Source of the DNA: Balanoglossus misakiensis | Lineage: Eukaryota; Animalia; Hemichordata | Assembly: GCA_040954595.2 (NCBI GenBank) | Contig: CM082577.2 | Coordinates: 7,093,846-7,157,845, forward strand | Reading direction: 5' to 3' | DNA length: 64,000 nt | Part shown: positions 55,701 through 64,000 of the stretch, in pieces | Position numbering within the stretch: the stretch's first letter is position 1 | How the letters are laid out: each line of letters starts with the position of its first letter | Made by a program: the position numbers and the translations under genes | The notes under the pieces: generated by a model | Told to the model about the DNA's origin: nothing | Database searches by the model: none | What the model saw: the letters and a program-made list of their open reading frames with translations, nothing else

Positions 55701-57298
55701 AAGAGTGAATGAAAGCATGAATCAGTGAGTCACCTCCATGTTTTCCTTGTTATTGACGAGTATTACATGTACGTTCACCAGTAATACCACAGATCACTAT
55801 TTGACATATGCAATACCATGCTCTCGATGTTTTGTATTAAAAAAGTTAGTGTCAGACGCTACATATTTAGCACAAATATTGCATTTTCCATCATTAAAAT
55901 ATGAGGGAGTTCTCGGCATGTTCGCGCATATAGTCACAAATTTAAAATTTAATGATTCTGTGTTCAACATTTCACGACATTCGCATTTTAATACTTTGTA
56001 ATCGGATATGCCCTGGTGTCTTTGATTTAGATTGATTGCGGAATTGGGAATTAGGATTAAATGATGCGAACACATGATCGTACGAAATGATTGTTGTTTG
56101 TGCCTCTCTAGAATCCGCGCGTGGTGATGCACATTTCACCGCGCGAGAGCATAATCCGGACGCCACGTCATTCATAATATTCACCGGTAACAGTTCACGA
56201 AATCCCACATTACATATTTGTCAGTCTTGGTTACAGCGGTTTGTGGGTCATGGCACTAACATCAGTATAATAATGATACTCGTATGCTGCTGGAAAATAG
56301 TTGACAAGCTCTACCTAACATTTGGCCCTCTATCACACATTCTCGTAGTAATTGTTTACAATGGGTACCGCTGTCGACGTACTTTATACACAGACACACT
56401 GATTGTTTACCTGAAGAAGTAAGAGTTCTGTTTCCCCTGTGATGCACGTGTTGTTTGAATGGATTGAAACAACTGACACCCACAAAGGTTGGTCGATTGC
56501 TGACAAGATGAAATTTGTTTCTTCGATCGAATGTTTCAACAAAAGCGCGATTCAGAAAGTTATACATGTACTAGGGCACCAAGAACCATGAGAACGTCCC
56601 CTGAAAGTTGTCGTCCAGTAAATGTAGTTTGTGCTGCCGAGTTAGGCACACTCTTCCGCACCAACCACGCCTTGGCGTTGCTATGGAAGCTTGTCTAGTT
56701 ATAAATGAGAGCCATTTGACATGACTGGTGACTTTGCACTCGTCCGTTGCATGTAATAAATACAAATTAATGTATTTGCAGACATAAGTTTCATTTAACG
56801 ACGACTTGTGTCAGCGGCGCAACTACGTTGGAATCACAGGAAACTGGACGTATTCCGACTAGAAACCATCGGTGACAATAAAACGTGAGCTCTCACAATT
56901 GTCATGGCAACCACCACGGCGCCTGTCATCATTGCCGTCACGGCCATTTACATCGCCACTCCGTGCTTGCGTTACTAACAATAAAGTCACACACTCACAC
57001 ATTTAACACGCGCGGGTTGTCTGGCTACCATAGTAAAGGTAAACGTCATGATTAAATTAGATTTTAGCGGGGAAGGAGGAGATCAATTAATGCAAACATG
57101 TCGGGGGAAGGTCTGTCATGTGTTCTTTGTGATGTACGAGATATCAACGGAAGTTATTTGTGCATGAATCATAACAAAATGCACATCCATGAGGTACATG
57201 TCGAGTTTTGTAGTGTTCAGCTTCGTTTGAAAAATGTAATCAACAATGTAATCGTAAGTTTAAGAGAGAGGGGTTGTAAACTCGACAATTTAAAAGGG

Positions 57299-57349
57299 GG
57301 AGAGAGGAAGAGAAAGAGAGAGAGAGAGAGGAAGAGAGAGAGAGAGAGA
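57299..57349. repeat. (GA)n microsatellite
   Basis: Direct read of the sequence. Confidence 0.9.
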
Positions 57350-59704
57350 TGATCCCCCGCCATATCAATCCTTTCCATCTGCCATAAGTTATTTATCTTG
57401 CAGGGCGTCTACGCTGACCATGGCAGTTTCGTGACATTTTGCTATCACTAAATCAATGGCCCGAAACATTCTCTCTTGATAGCGCCTTGAATTACAACGC
57501 TACAGACACACTTTACCAGACAAAAAAAAAACACAGCCAACAAACCACCAAAGCGTAATCCGAAATGTCGCACCAGTCCATTTAGAAATCTGATATCGGG
57601 GGTGAGAAGAGACGGGGGAACGCGGCTATCAAATCGTCACCATCAATTGGAGAGATGATGTGGGAGATGGCACGCGGTTTCCTCGGAAACACCAAGGGAG
57701 TGATGAATCAGCGTCCTCCAAGGTAACAACACGATCTTCTATCAGGAACGGGCTTTTAAACAGTTGATCTCTGAAAGCCTTTCTCTCTTCCGGACACGGA
57801 TCGAATGTCTCGCGACTATAAACGGCCAAGTCTCTGTTGGCGAGATCTAATTTCCACCGGTGTGGAGGCGGCGAGCTCCCACCGATTGACTTCCAAGAGA
57901 AGACACTTTGAAATGAAGCTGAGATGCTGTCGTGACAGCGAGCGTTCCATCATTCATTACATTCTATCCATGTTGACCTTGTGAAAACAAAACGTGTATG
58001 AAAGGAGTGGAAAATCCCACTCGTTTTGAAACGTACGGTTTATGTAAGTTGAAACCAAATTATTCTCCCCAATTGGCCACGACGCTATAAATTATGCTGC
58101 GACATGACAAACGGATAAAAATTGGGGTCTTTGATTAAAACTATACTGGGTATTCTCAAAAGTATAGTATATTACACGCCAGGTTCAGATTAACCCAAAG
58201 TGTAATTGTTTTAGAAAACACGTGAAGCTGCTTGTGTCTATTTGGTAATGATTTGTCGGTATTTTTGTTTCCAATGCGTGTGTCAAGATTAACAATGATC
58301 GCTACACAGACACATGACTTGTTGACAAGCAGATTACCGGGCGTGTTGGGATCACGAAATGCAGTACTGCTGAGATACACAAGACAAAATACTGGAAAAA
58401 AGTCATAGCGGCCCTTTATCGACAAAATCATCTAACCACATTTGCAGGGTTGATACACAAAACAAAATACTAGAAATCAACGTTTCATGGTTTATGTGAT
58501 GTTGCTAATATGGGGTTTGTTTGTTGCCTTGTCCGTCTCAGTTCAGATTCTCCCACTAGCTTATCAGTCTCTCGTCAAACTTTAAAAAGTCGCACGAGCA
58601 TCAATATCTGTAGGGCATACTTTTCTTCACCGTCGATTACTGTTGCATTACAGTATTATACACAAGTAAGCTCGATTTCCACATTCAAACCACCCGGGGA
58701 CTCGCTTCTCGCGGGATCTAACAAGAAACGCGCTTGGAAAAACCAATAACCTTTTAGTACGTGGGATTATTGCAGAGTGCTAATGTCAGTAAGCTGGTAA
58801 TTTGTTCAATTTCGGCGGTGTCAGCAGTCGGGGAAAACTTAAATATTGATGAACTACAGACGCGAAAGTTTTGAAAGAGAGAGAGAAAAAAATGGAATGG
58901 CGCGGGATTATCTATTTGGGTAACAATACCACAGGCACATGGTGTTACCAGATTTTCTTTCCCCTTGACACGTTCACAGCAGAGAATTCTGTCCGCTCTC
59001 TTAAATTGAAAGAGACGTTGGCATGCTTGGGGCGACGGAAAGTGCTCTGAACAATGCAAAGCCCAGTCGCTAAGGGTTCCCTGCAAACTGCACTGGCGCA
59101 TTGGATGTAATTGCACCGTCTGCTTCGATTCAAGTCACCCCCTGTAACTTAATGATGCCACTAATTGTGGACGCTCGCGACGTCGGATAAAATCAAGATT
59201 TTGTTGCGACTTTCAAAAAAAGTACGTGGCATGTCGTATACTTGCATTTCGGCAGCAAGGCGTTGGGCGTCCGAGATCTGGGACTTATTAGCTTGTCTGG
59301 CAACATGCACACAAACAAAAACGTGTACATGTAATGGCTGTTATATTTTCGAGATATTAATAAGGGATGACCATTGAACAATGTTGCTTAGATATGACGT
59401 AACAGCGTTTAAAAAAAACGGTAAAAGGCAACACCCTCAATATGTATATAGTTTACAGGGTTATAACCCTTGCGTTATAGTGAAGTGACAGAATGAATAT
59501 TCTTTCACCAAGAGTGTGACTGTCAAGCTGATGTAAATGCGCACTTTGGTACAATCCCCTGGTAGGCCTATAGTTTTGTCAAATGGGTTTAAGTCAATAT
59601 CTGTGAGAATGAAACCTCTTAGTATTTGGATGTGTACTTCACATTTCAATCACGGAAGAAATATCCACCACCTGTGACAAAGGAGGTGAAATTTATCGAT
59701 GATG

Positions 59705-59718
59705 ACGCTAGGTGGCGC
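59705..59718 (+). promoter_or_regulatory. CTCF-like core motif
   Basis: ACGCTAGGTGGCGC compared with the consensus CC(A/G)(C/G)(C/T)AG(A/G)(T/G)GGC(A/G)(C/G) has one mismatch, at position 1. Confidence 0.45.
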
Positions 59719-60499
59719 TCGACTTTCAAACAGACGCGTTCCGCTATTTTTTGAACACAAAAGAAATAAACAAAACAGACTCAAGTTTGGTGCATCGGAA
59801 TATTATTGCCAAAAACAAGTGAGAAAGCTGCAGTCACAACGTTGAGTGACACATTCCACTGTTTCCGTTCTCCCATTTGTTATTCTTGAAGACATGGGGA
59901 CTAAAAGCTCTGTTTGTAAGACCCTCTTACTTGTAAAGCCTCCTCATTCATAAAGTTCTTCCGTCTGTTCGCAATCTCTGTGTTCTGTTTTTGTAAAATG
60001 GAAGTAAAAAGTATGAGGCGCAGCAGACACCGAGCCTATTTTGTACCTGTCGTTTCAGTAGTGTGAGATCTTGACTGTATGGTTTGTTTAGTAAACTGAA
60101 GGACGCCGTCATTGCCGTGGCATGGTGTCTGAAAAACGACAGGTCGGTTTCTGTTTCATGAGCTCTGCGTCCGCGTCGCTGTTTTCTGTTTCGATGTTAA
60201 ACAGATATTGCTTTGCACAAGAGTAACGCCCGAAGAAGAGACATACAAAAGAACAACATGTTCTCCATGTGGTTTGCAAGTTCCACGACAGAGATGAGAT
60301 CAAGTTCTTGGGATCGGAGTACATGTATTAAACTGTAATCATGCCACAATGTCAGTAAGATAATGCTGTGCTATGGCATGGTTGTTCTTGTATGGCTTCA
60401 CTCGCGTGGTTATGTTGCCATGGTGGCCGTTGTTAGGTGCTTGTATCATGTATGTCTGGCACGCTCTGGGAAGTTTCCATCACGCCCTTGGAGCGTGAT

Positions 60500-63400
60500 A
60501 CATGGCCTGTTGTACATACACCAATCAGAAGCGCGTTCTGGGTGATTAGCCTGTCTGCATGTGTTTGAGAGGATGTATATTTTAGCGTGGGTCTGACGGA
60601 GAAGGAGCCCAAGTTTCGGCTCTGTGCAACTTTTCCTTGTTTTGGCCGACTTATCCGTACCTGATAGCCAACCCGGGTCACCGATTGCGAGATCTAAGTC
60701 GTGTTTACCGTAGCAGTTCGGTTAGGGTCCGATATTTTTTGTCAGGACGCATACTTTCCAGCGAGTTCCGACCGCCGTGTTAGAGACAGGGCTGTTTGTG
60801 AGAGGCTCGTGGGGGGTCCGCGTACGTGCTCTCAGATTACATTTATCAGAGGCGGACTCTCAGATTTTTGCCGAATGTTGTTTGTTGAGAACTGTTGCGT
60901 GCAAAAAGAGGCCACAAGAGTTTAAGGGTGTTAGTGTTAGCACTCTGGGCACCGTACTCCTCACGGGATCTGTTAACTCAGATCAGTGCAACACTTTCAC
61001 CTTTAGGCTTTTGTATCGCCTTCCTTACGCTGTGATGTGAGAGCTACATACATGTAGTGTTCAGTTTAGTCTCTTTTCTCATTCCCTAACCGGCAACTAT
61101 CACGTCCAAATGCATATATATTCAAAACAGGTCACTTTTACATGAGGAGCGGCTCATGTGCACCTCCTAGTCATCCAAGACTTTATGGCAAACAGCCTAT
61201 CAATACAACCCGCAATTTCCTTCCAAAACGTCCAGTCAATCACACCTCGAAAAATTCCCATTATTTGCTACGCTTTACATGACCTAGTTTGAAACAATAT
61301 TTGCAATTTTTCACTTGCTTGTTACACAGTAGCATGCAAGAGGTGGCAGGGTATATGATGATCTTCCTGTGAGCAAAATCAAAGATTTTATGTCCTGATA
61401 AAATCAACAAAGTGATGATCAAAGTGACCATGTTGCTGCTGAAAACAAAAGGGATGTGATACCTTCCTTTTATTATTATTTGGAGACTTAAAAGGCGGGT
61501 ATCGTCCCGAAATAGCCTTTGTTGATAAACATTACTTTTACCCACAATGCACTGCAGAACCTGTGTGCGAGCTAGATAAAGATGGCCGTGGTTTCTCTCG
61601 CATAAAGTCCAAAAAGGGGCCGTTGTACAAGTTGTGAGGCGTTTTGGAGCGTTTGGTCGTCCCGTATGGATGAGGTGTGCTCGGTAACGGTTATCGGTCC
61701 ACGAGTTTTGATTCAGAGACGGAAATTCTAGTCGAAATGACTGCCCAAAGATCGGTCGGGAATCGCCAGCTTTGCCCGGTATTTTGAGTGAGCAGGGCCG
61801 GCTGTGGTGAAGGTATCGGCCGTACGACACACAGCCCTCCCACGCACAGAGCTTGGTCTCCACAATCAGCCTTGTGCTTTACACTGAAGTTGAACATGAA
61901 CCAAAATGTTTCTTTTAGTGACAAACCGTCCACTATTAAACAGTTCATCTGGAAAGTTTCGTGTATTTATTTTGCGACACAATTTTATGATGATCGATAT
62001 ATGCCCGTGTAGTATATACGTAATACGAGAGAAAATAGCTCGTATAAATGAAAACGGCAGACACCAACAAAGACGGCCCACAACAAAATCGACCTCGCTA
62101 CGGACTGAAAGCACACCTTGGTATAAACCTTAGCTCAGTTCTTTGTCGATGTATTAATCTTTTACATTACACTTATGTGTTTTAGCTGCCGTAAATCATC
62201 GCTGATCTGACCGCCTATTTGTAGGCCTATATCCGTACCTGAGCAATCGCTAACAATTATCGCTGCCAATCCGAGCAGTTTTCTTCTCGGTTGATTACAA
62301 AGTCCTTCCCGTCGAACACCGTATATACTGGTACACAGTCGGTGACTGTGACTGGTAATGTGTACATCTTCATAAAATTTGCTTTCATCGCAGTCTTCCC
62401 CCACGAGCGCGAGGCTTATTATCGTACACGGCAATGTTTGTTCTCTCTTCCGGGCCCAGCTTAGAAGCCGCCCGGTGTTCTGCGCGCGTCAGCTGCACTG
62501 ACCCAGCCAATCCACCAAGAACGGTACACATTTATTTGTTAATCAAGTTCATACACTACACACATCCGTACAAAAAAGTGAATCAGACACTTGTTATACG
62601 AATTACCCTAACATAAACACAGTTTTATTTGCTTAGTCTAATAATTACATGTAGTTCAACTATATAACAGTGGAAATTTCAACAGGGGCTGGAGACGCAT
62701 CTTTCCAATGTTAGCTTCAAGTTGAATGGTGACTTGTGACAGATTGATCTGAAACAAAGATCGAGAAAAATATATCAGCATGACCTAATATCATAAAAAC
62801 TTAGAGAATGTCCTCGATAAAAAAAAAAAATTATATGACGAAGCCATACAAGGACATTGTCCAACACTAGCCTTGCGTACAGTGATGTGCGTTCCCGGGC
62901 AGCGTCACACATAGCCCGGCATTGTACAGCCTCCATCGTGTAATGACGGGAGGCCGCGTGAATTCTGGAACACAGGAGGGCTACAACATAGTTGTTACAG
63001 TGAGTAGCTTCAATGTAGGGGCCTACTTTTACCGGTAGTACACAGACAAGTGACGGACGAACCTCTCAACTGTCACAGACACTCACCTATCTGTTGTGGG
63101 CCGTACGGCTGTTTCTGTCGCTTGTGTTGTTGTCTCCAAACGCTGTTCAAAGCGATTGCGTGCTGCAGAGACTGGACATAAGTGCTTGACATCATGCGGT
63201 ACACAGCCTTCTCTCACAAAAAATCAGAAAGGCTTTCGGCACTGAAATTTCTGCTGTAAATTCGGAATTTGAATGGTGATCATAGTCTAAGAGTTATTCG
63301 TCATTCGCACATAATTATGGGATTTCTGAGCTCGTCGCGTTGGTGAGTCCCCCAGTCGCGTTGCTCGCGAGTCCCCAGTTGCGTTGCTAGAGAGGCCCCA

Positions 63401-63545
63401 GTCGCGTTGCCAAAGAGTCCCACACAAGGGCGCCCTCATACGTTCATATGTGACGAGCCTCGCCCTTTAAGAAAATACTTCGGGGTGGGGGCATAGATTT
63501 TTTTACATGAAAATTGGGGGTGGGGGCTTCATCAAGTATTTTGCG
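60500..63545. promoter_or_regulatory. CpG-rich, promoter-like region next to a CpG-free block
   Basis: CpG/GC is elevated in patches. CCAAT (62507-62511), CCGCCC (62468-62473) and Ets-like CTTCCGG (62447-62453) cluster together, and several GTGAGT/GTACGG donor-like sites are present. No CG dinucleotide was seen from 63546 to 64000. Confidence 0.4.
63334..63422. repeat. GC-rich ~23-bp minisatellite, 4 diverged units (GTCGCGTTGCnnnnGAGTCCCCA)
   Basis: Units start at 63334, 63355, 63378 and 63401. Confidence 0.85.
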
Positions 63546-64000
63546 GGGGGGGGGGGTATGCTTCAATGTGATTTGTCCTATCCTGGCACTATCTACAAAA
63601 CTTTCTTTCACTGTCTCTATTAATACTTTCACTAGAATTTCATATTGTCAGTTTATGACCAATCTGTGATTTCAGTTGTAGGTTCTATAAATTTAATTCC
63701 CCATTGCTGTGTATAAATACTGGGTATTAGACCTATGAATTTTGGATGATTATGATGGCAGTTATCTGGTATTAGCTTGAATATGCACAGCTGTTATTTG
63801 AAGTTGTTTTTTTCCTTTTAGTGTACTGTAGTTTGGCAACTGATGTTTATCAAAATGTTAATTTGATATCAACTGTGACTGATCACTTGTGTTGGGATTG
63901 ATTCTGCAATGCAGTGCATTCACAGTAGCTGATGTGATGCAAACATGTTGCTCAATGCAATGAGATAATTCTTGAGATGTGTGGGATCTGTACTGCCTTT

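Noticed and set aside
61261-61863. 200-aa minus-strand ORF
   Set aside because: It has a GTG start and no recognisable domain, and its composition shifts to AT-rich, non-coding-like sequence halfway. Not supported as a CDS.
60805-62408. Inverted 11-bp match GCTCGTGGGGG / CCCCCACGAGC
   Set aside because: Matches of 11 bp are expected frequently by chance in 64 kb. There is no extended TIR or TSD.
55575-63422. The 42-bp and 23-bp tandem repeats as CRISPR-like arrays
   Set aside because: There are no unique spacers of constant length and no cas genes, and the context is eukaryotic.
301-63632. The many 60-130 aa ORFs in the track
   Set aside because: Lengths and Cys/His/Leu-rich composition are as expected from random non-coding DNA. 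Many use TTG/GTG starts or derive from microsatellites.
6814-63830. TACAGTA/TACTGTA (3-nt Sleeping-Beauty-type footprints)
   Set aside because: About 12 were seen against about 13 expected by hand estimate, so they are not enriched.

Overview
This is eukaryotic, AT-rich (roughly 39-40% GC by eye), gene-poor DNA. Its repeat and motif style suggests a marine invertebrate deuterostome, possibly a hemichordate (inference only). The one well-supported protein-coding gene is a somatostatin/allatostatin-C-type class A GPCR with an intronless coding region on the minus strand (32146-33363, 405 aa from a Kozak ATG), preceded by a TATA/CCAAT/NRF1-like promoter. The other ~62 kb is non-coding. It holds a decayed L2/Crack-type LINE fragment, two diverged copies of a ~330-bp MITE-like element, a Helentron/HINE-like end, and micro- and minisatellites. 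The most notable unexplained signals are four. (i) TA-xx-x'x'-TA palindromes are strongly over-represented (TACATGTA x26, TACCGGTA x5, TAGGCCTA x5) and look like fossil transposon excision footprints. (ii) A possible 5'-UTR intron with three tandem acceptors would give either a uORF or an N-terminally extended receptor. (iii) RFX X-box-like sites occur in pairs across the locus. (iv) A CpG-rich zone at about 60.5-63.5 kb, carrying splice signals, ends abruptly in CpG-free sequence. I found no prokaryotic-type systems, CRISPR arrays, rRNA or tRNA. All counts were made by eye.
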